DNA of 64,000 nt, from the NCBI GenBank assembly GCA_963781555.1, contig CAWAGB010000003.1, positions 72,071 to 136,070 on the forward strand, in the 5' to 3' direction. This DNA is from an uncultured Chloroflexia bacterium. GTDB lineage: Bacteria; Chloroflexota; Limnocylindria; QHBO01. Below are positions 9,111-19,855 of this stretch, piece after piece. Numbering within the stretch: position 1 is the stretch's first letter; the number at the start of each line of letters is the position of its first letter. Under the pieces are notes generated by a model. That model had not been told where the DNA came from. It was given only the letters and a program-made list of their open reading frames with translations, and made no database searches. Both the position numbers and the translations under genes were made by a program.

Positions 9111-10031
9111 GTGGAGCTGCTGCATCGCCGTCGAGCCTGGACCGAGGCCGCGCTGTGGGCACTGGCCGTCATTGGCGCTCTCAGCTTCGCCACGTACCTG
9201 GTCGACATCATCGCCCTCGATGGGGGGACCGGCTTCGACCTGCACGCCTACCTCGTCGCGGGACGTCACGCGCTCGAGGGCGCGCCACTGTACGGGGCAC
9301 CCGGAATCGGCGACTACGCGGCTTACCGCTACCCGCCGACCTTCGCCTACCTGGCCATCCCGCTGGCCCTGCCGCCCGAGATGGTCGTCACCTGGGCGTA
9401 TCGCGCCGCCTGTCTCGTCTGCGTGCGCTATCTCACCGGATCATGGCGATGGACGGGAGTCGCGCTGCTCTTCCAGCCGCTGCAGATCGAGCTGGTGGCA
9501 CTCAACGTCACCCTCCCGATCGCGGCCATCGCCCGTGCCGCGCTGCGCCGCTCGGCGCCGGCCGGCGCGCTCCTGCCGGCGACGGCCGCTCTGAAGAACG
9601 GGACCGCCCTGCTCCTCCCGTTCGTGTGGCGCTGGCAGCCGGAGCTCCGGCGTCCGATGCTGATCGGGATGGTCGCCATGCTGGCCGCGTTCGGGCTGCA
9701 TGCCCTGCTGATGCCGGCCCAGTGGACCGACTACGTCGCCTCGCTGGTCCAGCAGTCCGGCACGCCCAACCGAGGGCCCGGGGTGCTCAACCAGCTGCTG
9801 ATCCTGATTCCCTCGACGCTGTGGGACTTCGTCGTGCGCTTCGCCATCTGCGCACTGCTGGCGGCGGTCGCGGTGTGGCGCGGCTGGGGGTGGCTCGCCT
9901 TCGCCGCTGCTGCCCTGGCGGTCCCGACCCTGTGGGTTGCGCGCCTTGCCGCGCTGGTCGGTGTGCCGCGCCTCTGGTGGGAGGGGCGGATCAGCCGCGC
10001 AGGATCCTCCGCTGGAGCGCCGCGCGCATGA
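9111..10031 (+). CDS. polytopic membrane glycosyltransferase, GT87/DUF2029-like
   Basis: About 9 predicted TM helices. It has the 'YRYPPTFAYLAIP' loop after TM1 and an overall PimE/DUF2029-like layout. The GTG at 9111 is chosen as start but is uncertain (9051-9111). Confidence 0.6.
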   Translation: MELLHRRRAWTEAALWALAVIGALSFATYLVDIIALDGGTGFDLHAYLVAGRHALEGAPLYGAPGIGDYAAYRYPPTFAYLAIPLALPPEMVVTWAYRAACLVCVRYLTGSWRWTGVALLFQPLQIELVALNVTLPIAAIARAALRRSAPAGALLPATAALKNGTALLLPFVWRWQPELRRPMLIGMVAMLAAFGLHALLMPAQWTDYVASLVQQSGTPNRGPGVLNQLLILIPSTLWDFVVRFAICALLAAVAVWRGWGWLAFAAAALAVPTLWVARLAALVGVPRLWWEGRISRAGSSAGAPRA

Positions 10032-10443
10032 TGAAGATGGCTCGCATCGCAACGCCCGCCGCCGCGTCGACGGCTACCCCGAGGGGGCCATCCGGGCCGA
10101 CGTGGTAGTCGATCTCGTCGATCACCCAGGTGCCACGGCGCGCGGCCTCGAAGGCATGGGTGTGATCGAACCGGCGCATGGGGCCCGAGACGGTCTGGTC
10201 GCGAAACCGACTGCCCGGCACATGCTCGACGAGCCGCACCGTCCATGAGCCCAGCATCCACGGACCGATGCCGTACCGAAACGTGAACTCGCTCCCCTCC
10301 TGCGGCGGATCGGGTTCGACCCGGTCGACGATGATCGAGGCCGGAGGCGGGCTGAGCCTCGCCAGGTTGCGCGGTTGGTCGAAGAAGGCGAACACCTCGT
10401 CGACCGGCGCCGACACCCAGGCACGGCTGCGAATGCGAGGCAC
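9991..10443 (-). CDS. SRPBCC (START/polyketide-cyclase-like) family protein
   Basis: 150 aa. 'SRAWVSAPVDEVFAFFDQPRNLARLSPP...' is the typical SRPBCC N-terminus. Confidence 0.75.
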   Translation of the reverse strand: MPRIRSRAWVSAPVDEVFAFFDQPRNLARLSPPPASIIVDRVEPDPPQEGSEFTFRYGIGPWMLGSWTVRLVEHVPGSRFRDQTVSGPMRRFDHTHAFEAARRGTWVIDEIDYHVGPDGPLGVAVDAAAGVAMRAIFIMRAALQRRILRG

Positions 10444-10448
10444 GCCGC

Positions 10449-11939
10449 TCAGGCGCCGAACGGGTTGACGGGCTTGGCGCTGGTGCCGACCAGGATCGCC
10501 TTCGTCTCCGTGTACAGGTCGAGCGCATCAATCGACTGCTCGCGGCCGTAGCCGGAGTCCTTGAAGCCTCCGAACGGGATGCCCGGGAAGGCGACGAACG
10601 GCGTGTTGATACTGACAGCCCCGGAGCGGATCTTCTGGCCGAGCCGGTGCCCACGTGCCGAGTCGCCGGTCCAGACGGTCGCCGCCAGGCCGTAGCGAAC
10701 GTTGTTGGCCAGGCGGAGCGCGTCGGCCTCATCGGTGAAGCGGGTCAGGGTAACGACCGGTCCGAAGATCTCCTCCTGGGCGACGCTCCAGGCGTTGTCC
10801 ACGCCACCGATGACGGTCGGCTTGACGAAGGCGGCGGCATCCAGGCCATCCTGGAGCTCGCCGCCGAGATCGCCGCCGGCCAGCAGCTCTCCCCCCTCCT
10901 TCAGGCCATCCTCGATACGGCCGCGGACCTTTGCCGCGTGCTCGCGGCTGATGAGCGAACCGACCTGCGTCGTCTCTCCCAGCGGATCGCCGACCCGCAG
11001 CGAGGACGCCTTGGCGGCGAATGCCCCGGCGAACGCGTCGTAGATCGAGTCCTGCACCAGCAGCCGCGACCGCGCCTCGCAGGACTGGCCGGCCGAGTAG
11101 TAGATCCCCCATAGCGAGCCGTTGACGGCGGCCTCGAGGTCCGCATCGGCGAACACGACGTTCGGCGACTTGCCGCCGAGCTCCAGCGAGACGCGCTTCA
11201 GCGTCTCAGCCGCGGCCGCGGCGATGCGGCGCCCCGTGACCGTCTCGCCGGTGAAGGCGACCTTGTCGATCCCCGCGTGCCGCGCCATGGCCTCTCCGAC
11301 CTCGTCGCCGGGACCGGTCACCACGTTCAGCACGCCGGCCGGGATGCCCGCCTCGAGAGCCAGCTCGCCCAGGCGAATGGCGGTCAGCGGGGTGGCCGAT
11401 GCGGGCTTGAGGATCATGGTGCAGCCGGTTGCCAGCGCCGGCGCCACCTTCCAGGCGGCCATCATGAGCGGGTAGTTCCACGGGATGATGGCGCCCACCA
11501 CGCCCACCGGCTCGCGCAGGGTGTAGGTCACCACCGACGGGTTGACAACGTGCGAGCGGCCGTAGACGTGCTGCGCCAGCCCGGCGAACAGCTCGAGCGT
11601 CGCCACGCCCGTCTTCAGCTCGGCGAGGCACTGCCAGCGCGCCTTGCCGTTGTTGCGGCTCTCGAGGGTCGCCAGCTCGTCGGCGTTGGCGTCGAGCAGG
11701 TCGGCCAGCTTCAGCAGCATCCGCGAGCGCTTGGCGGGCGAGGTCTTCGCCCAGGCGCCCTCGAGCGCGCCGCGAGCCGCGGTGACAGCCGCATCGACAT
11801 CGGTCGCGGCACCTCGCGCGACGCTGCCGAGCTCGGTGCCGGTAGCCGGGGAGAAGGTGGTGAAGGTGGCGCCGGAGGTGGCGTCGCGCAGCTCGCCGTC
11901 GATCAGGAGACGGCCCTGGTGGGTGGTCGCATCGGTCAT
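10449..11939 (-). CDS. NAD(P)-dependent aldehyde dehydrogenase
   Basis: 'SLELGGKSP' and the catalytic-Cys motif 'YYSAGQSCEA'. Full length is about 496 aa. ATG at 11939; a GTG two codons upstream is also possible. Confidence 0.9.
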   Translation of the reverse strand: MTDATTHQGRLLIDGELRDATSGATFTTFSPATGTELGSVARGAATDVDAAVTAARGALEGAWAKTSPAKRSRMLLKLADLLDANADELATLESRNNGKARWQCLAELKTGVATLELFAGLAQHVYGRSHVVNPSVVTYTLREPVGVVGAIIPWNYPLMMAAWKVAPALATGCTMILKPASATPLTAIRLGELALEAGIPAGVLNVVTGPGDEVGEAMARHAGIDKVAFTGETVTGRRIAAAAAETLKRVSLELGGKSPNVVFADADLEAAVNGSLWGIYYSAGQSCEARSRLLVQDSIYDAFAGAFAAKASSLRVGDPLGETTQVGSLISREHAAKVRGRIEDGLKEGGELLAGGDLGGELQDGLDAAAFVKPTVIGGVDNAWSVAQEEIFGPVVTLTRFTDEADALRLANNVRYGLAATVWTGDSARGHRLGQKIRSGAVSINTPFVAFPGIPFGGFKDSGYGREQSIDALDLYTETKAILVGTSAKPVNPFGA

Positions 11940-11971
11940 GTGCACGATGGTAGAGCACGTATCATCAATGC

Positions 11972-12556
11972 ATGACGACCCCCATGCTGCGCGGACATCG
12001 CGTGTGGCTGCGGATGATCGAGAAGGCCGACGTGCTGGCCACCGATATCGACGATCGCGAGCTCGGTCACTACGCCGGCTTCAAGTTCTCGTTCAGCAAC
12101 GACATGGTCGACGGCTGGTTCCGCGAGCTGACCGAGGAGATGGGCTCGGGTGCCGCCTACCAGTTCACGATCTGCCCGCTCGGCTCGCGGGAGTGCATCG
12201 GCGGCATCGGGCTGCGCGGCGTCGACACCGCCAACGGCAGCGCCTGGGTCAGCATCTTCCTGACCGATGCCAGCCGCTGGGGCTCCGGCATCGGCACGGA
12301 TGCGATGAACGTGCTGCTCGACTTCGCCTTCGGCGAGCTGCGTCTCGAGCGCGTCTCGCTGGAGGTGTTCGACTACAACCCGCGCGCCATCCGCAGCTAC
12401 GAGAAAGCCGGCTACCGGGTCGAGGTCCGGCGACGCCACGCGCGCTTCCATCGAGGCGCGTTCCATGACGTGATCAGCATGGCCATCCTGCGCGACGACT
12501 GGCTCGCCCTCGATCGCGCGCGCAGCTGGGAGCTGCCGGCGCTCGATCCCGCCTGA
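11972..12556 (+). CDS. GNAT family N-acetyltransferase (RimJ/RimL-like)
   Basis: 'RWGSGIGTDAMNVLLDFAFGELRLERVSLEVFDYNPRAIRSYEKAGY' contains the acetyl-CoA binding motif A. Confidence 0.85.
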   Translation: MTTPMLRGHRVWLRMIEKADVLATDIDDRELGHYAGFKFSFSNDMVDGWFRELTEEMGSGAAYQFTICPLGSRECIGGIGLRGVDTANGSAWVSIFLTDASRWGSGIGTDAMNVLLDFAFGELRLERVSLEVFDYNPRAIRSYEKAGYRVEVRRRHARFHRGAFHDVISMAILRDDWLALDRARSWELPALDPA

Positions 12557-12662
12557 CCCCCCGCTCGGATCGTCACATTCGGTGCGCATCGGGCATCGTT
12601 GAACCGCGAGGCGCGCAACCAGGCTAGGTATTGACGCACGAGATGATGAGCGACGCGCGGGG

Positions 12663-15600
12663 ATGCAACGTCGGGTACCCGTCGAGCGGGTGTCGCGCCA
12701 CGGCGCGGCGCTCGTGAGCGGGCTGCTCGCCGGACTGCGGCTCGTCCTCCAGCGCGCCCGGCACGACTGGCTCGTCGTCGGCGCGGCCGCGGTCATCACC
12801 CTGCTGGCCGCCGCGTTCCTGGCGGGGGGCATCATCTACGCGGAGGCCGTCGCCTCCGCCGGCCTGCAGCGCTCGCTGGCCACCGCCGACGCACCATCGG
12901 CGGGGCTACAGGTGCGAATGGCCGGTCCCCCGGACCTGCTGGCGCGGACGGATGCCGCCGTCCGGGACGAGGCCGCGGAGCTCTTCGCGAGCGAGGCGCC
13001 CAGCGTCCGGCGCCGCGGTGAGACCGGCTCGTGGACGCTCCCCGGCCAGGACCCGGATGCGGTCAGCGAGCTGACCGCCTTCGCGTTCCTTGACGACCTG
13101 CCCGCCCACGCGTCGCTCGTCGAGGGCGCATGGCCGACCGGTGCCGCGGGCGACATCGAGGTGGTCCTCCACGCCGAGGCCGCTGGCAGGCTGGGGTATG
13201 CCGTGGGCGACGAGCTGGCGCTCGTCAGCCGGCTCGACCCGAATGCAACGGTCACGGCGCGCCTGGTCGGCACGTGGCTGCCGGCCGACGTCAGCGATCG
13301 CTACTGGTGGGGGGTGGAGCTCGACCTCGAAGGCGTCGAGGTGGGCCAGACTTACACCACCTGGGGACCGATGGTGCTCGACGAGTCGCGCTACGCGGAC
13401 GTCGCCGCGGCGGGAGGCTCCGGCGTCGCGTGGCGTGTCTTCCCCGATCCGGCGAGAGTCACTGCGGCGCGGCTGTCTGGCATCTCGGCCGACCTCGACG
13501 GGCTGCAGGCGCGCCTGCGCACGCGAGTCGCCAGCTCGCAGCTCAACGTCGTCACGCAGCTCGGCGAGAAGCTTGCGGCTGCGGATCGGTCCCTGGTGGT
13601 AGCCCAGATGAGCGTCACCGTGCTGGCCGTTCAGCTCGCCGTGCTGGCCGGCTACGCCCTCGTGCTCACCGCCGGGCTGCTGATCGAGCAGCGGCGAGGT
13701 GAGACGGCGCTGCTTCGGGCGCGCGGCGCGGGGGCGTGGCAGCTGGGCCTGGCTGCGCTCATCGAGGCGCTCGTGCTGGCGGTGCCGGTGGCGATCGTGG
13801 CACCCCTGCTGGCGACGTGGGCACTCCTCGCCTTCAACTCGGCCGGGCCACTGCACGAGATCGGGCTCACGATCGCGCCACGCGTCACGCCCCTGGCGCA
13901 GGTGGTGGCCGCCGCCACCGCCGCGGCGTGCGCGCTCGCCCTGGCGATGCCGTCCCTGCTCCAGGGGCGGTCGTTCGTCGCGCTGCGCGCGCGGCGTGGC
14001 CGCCAGGCAAGCAGCGGGATGGTGGAGCGCGCCGGCCTCGACATCGCACTGCTCGTCATCGCCGGCGTCGGGATCTGGCAGCTGCGTGCGTTCGGTGCCC
14101 CGCTCACCGGCGCGGTGCGTGGCCAGATCGGCGTGGATCCGCTGCTCGTCGCCGCGCCGGCGATCGGCCTTCTTGCTGGAGCCGTCGTCGCACTGCGGAT
14201 CCTGCCGCTCGTCGCGCGCGTCGCCGACGCGGGCATGACCCACGGCCGGGGGCTGGTGGCGTCCCTTGGTGCATGGCAGATCGCCCGCCGTCCGCTGCGC
14301 TACGCACCCGCCGCGCTGCTGTTGATCGTGACCATGGCGCTCGGCATCTTCGCCATCTCGTATGGGCGGACGTGGGCCGTTTCGCAGGCGGACCAGGCTG
14401 CCTACCAGGTGGGGTCGGACCTGCGCGTGGTGCCGAATCGCTTCGCCGGCGCCGTGCCGTCACTCGACCTCGCTGCGGCGTACCGCGCTGCCGGCGCCAC
14501 CGACGTCATGGCCGTGCACCGCGACGGCGTCACGTTCGGGGGACGGGGCGGAGGGCAGGTCCTGCTCCTCGACGCGCGCCGCGGTGACGAGGTGGTCGCC
14601 TTCCGCGACGACCTCGCCAACGACCCGTTCGGCGCCATGATGGCGCGCCTCGCGGACGCACGGCCCGAGCTCGACGTCCCCGGCCTCCCGGACACGGCTG
14701 ACGGCATCGCGGTGACCGCCGCGCTGGCGGTCGACGATCCGCCGCCGTTCGACCCGGACCAGGTCCCGCAGAACCAGCGGCCCGGGCCGGTGTCGCCCTT
14801 CAGCCTGGCCGTCGTGGTGGCGGACGGCGACGGGCTGTTCCACCGCATCGAGCTCGGTGAGATCGAGCCGGCCGCGGCGTCGACACGCCTCGAGGCCCCG
14901 CTCGTCAGCACGACGGCCGCCGGCGGCGTGCCGACCCGGCCGCTGTCGCTGGTGGCCATCGAGCTGCATGGCACTGCCGGCGACAACCGCGCCGTGGGCG
15001 GTCACCTCGATGTCATGGGTCTCGAGACGTCGGACGGAGCCGCGTGGCGTGCATGGGCCGCCGAACCGGCCGGCGGCTTTGAGGCCGTGGCCCACGAGTC
15101 GAGCGGGCAGCTCACGCTCGAGGCCGGCATCGAGGACGCACCCGAGGGGGTGTCGGAGCGGCTGGGATTCCTCATCGGGGCAGCGCTCGACCCCCGCCGC
15201 CTCGCACCGGTGACGTGGAGCCTGCGGCCGGCGGGCGTCGCCGCCGCTCGGACGACTCCCAAGGTGCTCGTCAACGGGTCGATCCTCGCCGCCACCGACG
15301 CAGGCCTCGGCGACGACACGACGGCCGACATCGGCTACGGGATCGTGCCGCTGCGGCTCGAGGAGGACCTCGATGCGTTTCCGACCCTGGATCCGGGTGA
15401 GGCGATCATCGTCGGCGACCTGGGCACCGTGGCGCTCGACGCCTACGTCGCGCGAGCGACGATCCTCGAGCCGGACGAGTGGTGGCTCACCGCCGACGAC
15501 GCGATCGCCGTCGGGGCGGTCCTCCGCGCTTCCCCGTTCGAGAGCGCCGACACGGTCGCCAAGGTCACCCGCACTGCCGCCCTGCAGACGGATCCCGTCG

Positions 15601-16031
15601 CGCTCGGCATCCTGGGAGCGCTGCTGCTGGGCGTCGTAGCCGCGGCCGCGTTCGCAGCCATCGGATTCGCCGTCTCCACCTCCGTCGCGGCGCGGGAGCG
15701 AATGACCGAGTTCGCCGTGCTGCGTGCGCTCGGCCTGTCGCCGCGCCAGCTGGCAGGCTGGCTGTCGCTGGAGAACGCCATCCTGGTGGTGGTCAGCCTG
15801 CTCATCGGTACCGGGCTCGGCCTCCTCATCTCGTGGGTGGTGCTGCCGTTCGTGACACTCACCCAGGCCGGCGCCACACCGGTACCCGCCCTGCAGATCA
15901 GCATCCCGTGGGGGCAGATCGCGCTCCTGGAAGCGGTGGCGCTCGTCTCCCTGAGCCTGACCGTCGCTGTCCTGGCGTTCGTGCTGCGACGGGTGGGCCT
16001 CGGCTCGGCGCTGCGGATCGGCGAGGACTGA
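12663..16031 (+). CDS. ABC transporter permease with two FtsX/MacB-type domains and two very large extracytoplasmic domains (1122 aa)
   Basis: N-terminal TM, a roughly 280-aa loop, then the first FtsX block ('[12 protein letters not shown]...'). A further TM and a roughly 420-aa loop precede a second FtsX block ('FAVLRALGLSPRQLAGWLSLENAIL'). The protein ends '...ALRIGED'. Confidence 0.8.
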   Translation: MQRRVPVERVSRHGAALVSGLLAGLRLVLQRARHDWLVVGAAAVITLLAAAFLAGGIIYAEAVASAGLQRSLATADAPSAGLQVRMAGPPDLLARTDAAVRDEAAELFASEAPSVRRRGETGSWTLPGQDPDAVSELTAFAFLDDLPAHASLVEGAWPTGAAGDIEVVLHAEAAGRLGYAVGDELALVSRLDPNATVTARLVGTWLPADVSDRYWWGVELDLEGVEVGQTYTTWGPMVLDESRYADVAAAGGSGVAWRVFPDPARVTAARLSGISADLDGLQARLRTRVASSQLNVVTQLGEKLAAADRSLVVAQMSVTVLAVQLAVLAGYALVLTAGLLIEQRRGETALLRARGAGAWQLGLAALIEALVLAVPVAIVAPLLATWALLAFNSAGPLHEIGLTIAPRVTPLAQVVAAATAAACALALAMPSLLQGRSFVALRARRGRQASSGMVERAGLDIALLVIAGVGIWQLRAFGAPLTGAVRGQIGVDPLLVAAPAIGLLAGAVVALRILPLVARVADAGMTHGRGLVASLGAWQIARRPLRYAPAALLLIVTMALGIFAISYGRTWAVSQADQAAYQVGSDLRVVPNRFAGAVPSLDLAAAYRAAGATDVMAVHRDGVTFGGRGGGQVLLLDARRGDEVVAFRDDLANDPFGAMMARLADARPELDVPGLPDTADGIAVTAALAVDDPPPFDPDQVPQNQRPGPVSPFSLAVVVADGDGLFHRIELGEIEPAAASTRLEAPLVSTTAAGGVPTRPLSLVAIELHGTAGDNRAVGGHLDVMGLETSDGAAWRAWAAEPAGGFEAVAHESSGQLTLEAGIEDAPEGVSERLGFLIGAALDPRRLAPVTWSLRPAGVAAARTTPKVLVNGSILAATDAGLGDDTTADIGYGIVPLRLEEDLDAFPTLDPGEAIIVGDLGTVALDAYVARATILEPDEWWLTADDAIAVGAVLRASPFESADTVAKVTRTAALQTDPVALGILGALLLGVVAAAAFAAIGFAVSTSVAARERMTEFAVLRALGLSPRQLAGWLSLENAILVVVSLLIGTGLGLLISWVVLPFVTLTQAGATPVPALQISIPWGQIALLEAVALVSLSLTVAVLAFVLRRVGLGSALRIGED

Positions 16032-16034
16032 CCG

Positions 16035-18821
16035 ATGCCGGTGTCACCGCTCCTGCTCTGGCTCCGCCGCCTGCGGGTCGACCGCCTGCCGCTGCTCGTG
16101 CTCGCGCTCACCGTCCTCCTCACCGCGGGTCTTGCTGCCGCCGCACCGCAGCTCGCCGTTCGTGGAGCTGCCGACGCCCTGTCCGCCCAGCTGCGGCGCG
16201 CCGGCCCAGCCGAGCGGAGCGTCGTCCTGACCGCCGGCCAGCTGCTCCAGACCACCGATGCCTCGGAGCTGCGTGGCGAGGGAGACCGCCTGGCGGCCGC
16301 GTTCGACGCCCAGATGCCCCCGGCCGTCGCAGGCGTGCTCGATCCGCCCTCCATGGCCATCGAGTCGGAGGATTACGAGGTCGCGGTGCAGGGCGTCCCG
16401 CCCAACCCATTCCGACGATCGTTGTTCCTGTTTGCCCGGGACGGCGCGGACACGCACATCCAGCTCGCCGAGGGGCGGCTCCCCCGCTCCATCTCCATCA
16501 CCCCACCGTCGCCGGCGACGAGCCAGCTGGATCCACCCAACCCTGCCACGGTCGAGCTGGAGCTCGCCATCTCGGAGGCCACGGCGGCGGCGATGGGCAT
16601 CCAGCTCGGTGATCACCTCGACATGCTGGAGGCCGGGCAGTTCGGCGGCATCACGTTCCCGGACCGCGCCGAGCCGGTGGTCACCGGCGAAGTGGTCGGC
16701 ATCTTCACCGTCCCGGACCCCGACGAACCCTTCTGGGCCGGCGAGCGGCGTCTCGTGGCGCCCAATGGCGGCGACGCCAGCGCCGCCGGTGGGGCACTCG
16801 TCACCACCGACCAGCTCGGGACGCTGCTCACCGCCTGGCCGCGCGTGGTGACCTTCACGTTCGCCTACCAGGGCAACGGGGCGCGCATCGCCGCCGGGTC
16901 GCCGCAGCGGCTCCTCGTGGCGTTCAACGATCTGCGCGCCGACTTCGCCGGCTTCGACGCCGGCACCTTCCTGCCCGTCGAGCTGCGGACCGGGATCCCC
17001 GGGCTGCTGGCCGGCTACCTGGCCGGAGAGCGCCAGGCATTCCTGCTGCTGGGCCTGGTCGGACTTGGCGTGGCCGGCATCGCGGTTGCCGCGCTCGTCC
17101 TGCTCGGTGTGCTGCTGGCGGACCGGCGACGCGCGGGTCTTGTCATCCAGCGCGAGCGTGGCGCCGGCGCGTGGCAGCTCCTGCTGCCGGCGCTCGGCGA
17201 AGCGGCACTGGTGTGCGTGCCGGCCGCGCTGGCGGGTTGGGTCGCGGCGCGGCTGCTGGTGCCCGCCGACGCCGGTGACCTGCCGTTTCGCCTGGCCGTC
17301 GGCGTCGCTGCGGTGGCCGTCGTCGCCTGCGTCGTGATGATCGTGCCGGTGGCCTTCCGCGACCTGCGCAGCCTGCTGCGCGGCGGCGTGGCGCCGGAGC
17401 ATCCCACGCTGCGCCGCCTGGTGGCCGAGGCTCTGGTCGTCGCGCTGGCCGCCATCGGCCTCGTCTTCGTCCGCTCCCGGGGGATCGGGGGCACCGCCGG
17501 AGGGGGCGGAGTCTTTAACGCCTACCTCGCCGGCGTGCCGCTCCTCGCCGGTCTGGCTGCCGGCCTCGTGGTGCTGCGCCTCTACCCCTATCCGGTGCGC
17601 GGCCTGGCCCGCCTGGCGGGGCGACTGCGCGGCCTGGTCACCCCGCTGGCCCTGCGGCGCGCCGGACGCGCCCCCGGGGCGGTCAACGTGCCGCTCGTGG
17701 CGCTCCTCGTCGCCGCCGCGCTCGGGGCGTTCGGGGCGACCGTCGCGGCCAGTATCGAGCGCGGCCAATCCCTGGCCGCGTGGCGCGTGACGGGCGCTGA
17801 CTACCGGGTCACCAGCCTGACCGGGGGTCTGCCGGCCACCATCGACGTCGCCTCGGTCGCTGGCGTGGAGGCTGTGGCACTCGCGTGGACCGATCCGGAC
17901 GTCCCGCTGGTGAGCTCCAGCGGGGGCGCGGAGGTCATGCTGGTCGGCATCGATCCCGCCGACCTCTCCGCTGTCACCCGCGGCACGCCCGCCGACCCCT
18001 CACTCCCCCCCGGTCTCGAGAGCGCGGCCGTCGGGGCGGGTGCGGCCACGGCCCCGATTCCGGCCCTCATCAGCGCCAACCTGGGCGACTTCCGGCGCCA
18101 GGTCAACGTGGGCGAGCGCTTCGAGCTGGTGATTTCCGGCGACCGCTACTCGTTCAGCGGCCTCGAGAGCCGCGCGGCATTCCCCGGCGTGCCGGACGGA
18201 GTGCGCTTCGTGGTCGTCTCTCGCGCGGTGCTGGCGGCGGCGCTCGAGCTGCCCGAGCTGCGCGCCGGGACGATCTACGTGCGCGGTGCGGGGGGACTGG
18301 CGGACGAGCTGCGCGCCGAGGTGGGCGGCTCCGGCGAGGTGGCGTCTGTCGTGTCGCGCGCGGAGGTTGCGGCCAGCCTGCGCGACGCCCCGCTGGTGAC
18401 AACGGTCACGAGCGGGTTCCTCATCTCGTTGGTGGTGGCGGCGCTGTACGTGACCCTGACCCTGATCATCGGGCTGCTGCTGGCCGCCGCCGCACGCGCC
18501 CGCGACGTCGCCTACCTGCGCACGATGGGCCTCTCCGCCGGCCAGACGCTCCGCATGGCCATCCTGGAGCAGGTGCCCCCGATCCTGATCGCCGTGCTTG
18601 CCGGCGCCGCGCTGGGACTCGGGATCACCGCGCTGATCGGTGGCGCCCTGGACCTGGGCGCCTTCGCCGGAGCCGACATCGCGACCGATCTGACCATCGA
18701 CATGCCGACCCTGGCGCTCGCCGCGGGCTGGCTCCTCTTCGTGGCGGCGGTCGGGGTGACCGTGGGTGCCCTGGCGGCGCGGCGCGTGGACCCGGCACGC
18801 GCGCTACGCATCGGTGATTGA
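16035..18821 (+). CDS. second double-FtsX ABC transporter permease (928 aa), paralogous in architecture to the preceding gene
   Basis: Same layout as the preceding permease: '[21 protein letters not shown]' (first FtsX block) and '[23 protein letters not shown]' (second FtsX block). It ends '...ALRIGD'. The start is 3 nt after the previous stop. Confidence 0.8.
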   Translation: MPVSPLLLWLRRLRVDRLPLLVLALTVLLTAGLAAAAPQLAVRGAADALSAQLRRAGPAERSVVLTAGQLLQTTDASELRGEGDRLAAAFDAQMPPAVAGVLDPPSMAIESEDYEVAVQGVPPNPFRRSLFLFARDGADTHIQLAEGRLPRSISITPPSPATSQLDPPNPATVELELAISEATAAAMGIQLGDHLDMLEAGQFGGITFPDRAEPVVTGEVVGIFTVPDPDEPFWAGERRLVAPNGGDASAAGGALVTTDQLGTLLTAWPRVVTFTFAYQGNGARIAAGSPQRLLVAFNDLRADFAGFDAGTFLPVELRTGIPGLLAGYLAGERQAFLLLGLVGLGVAGIAVAALVLLGVLLADRRRAGLVIQRERGAGAWQLLLPALGEAALVCVPAALAGWVAARLLVPADAGDLPFRLAVGVAAVAVVACVVMIVPVAFRDLRSLLRGGVAPEHPTLRRLVAEALVVALAAIGLVFVRSRGIGGTAGGGGVFNAYLAGVPLLAGLAAGLVVLRLYPYPVRGLARLAGRLRGLVTPLALRRAGRAPGAVNVPLVALLVAAALGAFGATVAASIERGQSLAAWRVTGADYRVTSLTGGLPATIDVASVAGVEAVALAWTDPDVPLVSSSGGAEVMLVGIDPADLSAVTRGTPADPSLPPGLESAAVGAGAATAPIPALISANLGDFRRQVNVGERFELVISGDRYSFSGLESRAAFPGVPDGVRFVVVSRAVLAAALELPELRAGTIYVRGAGGLADELRAEVGGSGEVASVVSRAEVAASLRDAPLVTTVTSGFLISLVVAALYVTLTLIIGLLLAAAARARDVAYLRTMGLSAGQTLRMAILEQVPPILIAVLAGAALGLGITALIGGALDLGAFAGADIATDLTIDMPTLALAAGWLLFVAAVGVTVGALAARRVDPARALRIGD

Positions 18822-18838
18822 AAGGTAAGGTGCCGCAC

Positions 18839-19855
18839 ATGGATCGACTGCGCGACGACATCGTCGACCTGCCGGCGGGCACCGGCATCGTCGAGGAAGT
18901 GAAGGGCCGAGAATCGCCATGGGCGGCACGCCCGACACCCACCCGCGGGCCGGCATTCGGAGCGGGCTCGGCGATTATCTGCGACAACCTGGTCAAGATC
19001 TACAAGGTCGCCGACCTGGAGGTGGTCGCGCTCCAGGGTCTCGACCTGCTCGTCGAGCGGGGCGAGTTCATCGCCATCGTCGGCGCATCGGGGAGCGGCA
19101 AGTCGACGCTCCTCAACGTGCTGGCCGGCCTCGATGTCCCGTCGGCGGGACGCGCCGTGGTGGCCGATCACGACCTGGGCGCCATGAAGGTCGTGGAGCG
19201 CACCGCTTACCGGCGCCAGGTGATCGGCTTCGTCCGCCAGCAGACCGCCGCCAACCTGCTCCCCTACCTCAGCGCCCGCGAGAACGTCGAGATGCCAATG
19301 TTGCTCGACGGCACGCCGAGCCGCACCCGGCGCGAGCGTGCACAACGGCTGCTCGACCTTGTAGGGCTCGGCGAGCGCGGTGACCATCGGCCCGACCGCC
19401 TCTCCGGCGGAGAGCAGCAACGCGTCAGCGTGGCCGTCGCCCTGGCGAACGAGCCACCGGTGCTGCTCGCCGATGAGCCGACCGGGGAGCTGGACACGAC
19501 CACCAGCCGCGAGGTGTTCGACGTGCTGCGGGCGATCAATGCCGAGTTCGGGACCACCATCGTGGTGGTGACCCACGACCCGCTGGTGGCGGGCCAGGTG
19601 CGTCGCACGGTCGCCATCCGCGACGGGCGCACCGCCACCGAGACGCTGCGACGCGACGCCACCGCGGAGGAGACCGAGCTGCACGGCGACACGGTCTCCG
19701 AGGAGTACGCGGTGCTCGACCGCGCCGGCCGCCTCCAGCTGCCGCGCGAGCACGTCGAGGCGCTCAACCTCGAGCGCCGGGTGCGCCTCACCCTCGAGCC
19801 CGACCACATCGGGGTGTGGCCTGACGGGCGCAGCAAGCCGGAGGAGGACCGATGA
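18839..19855 (+). CDS. ABC transporter ATP-binding protein (MacB/LolD class) with N- and C-terminal extensions
   Basis: Walker A '[12 protein letters not shown]', signature '[12 protein letters not shown]', Walker B '[11 protein letters not shown]'. A roughly 90-aa extra C-terminal domain follows. The ATG at 18839 is preceded by AAAGGTAAGG; the track start at 18818 is a TTG. Confidence 0.85.
   Translation: MDRLRDDIVDLPAGTGIVEEVKGRESPWAARPTPTRGPAFGAGSAIICDNLVKIYKVADLEVVALQGLDLLVERGEFIAIVGASGSGKSTLLNVLAGLDVPSAGRAVVADHDLGAMKVVERTAYRRQVIGFVRQQTAANLLPYLSARENVEMPMLLDGTPSRTRRERAQRLLDLVGLGERGDHRPDRLSGGEQQRVSVAVALANEPPVLLADEPTGELDTTTSREVFDVLRAINAEFGTTIVVVTHDPLVAGQVRRTVAIRDGRTATETLRRDATAEETELHGDTVSEEYAVLDRAGRLQLPREHVEALNLERRVRLTLEPDHIGVWPDGRSKPEEDR

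Noticed and set aside
12595-12662. TTGAAC and TTGACG hexamers upstream of the first FtsX permease gene, considered as -35 boxes.
   Set aside because: I found no acceptable TANNNT -10 element at 16-19 nt spacing for either hexamer.
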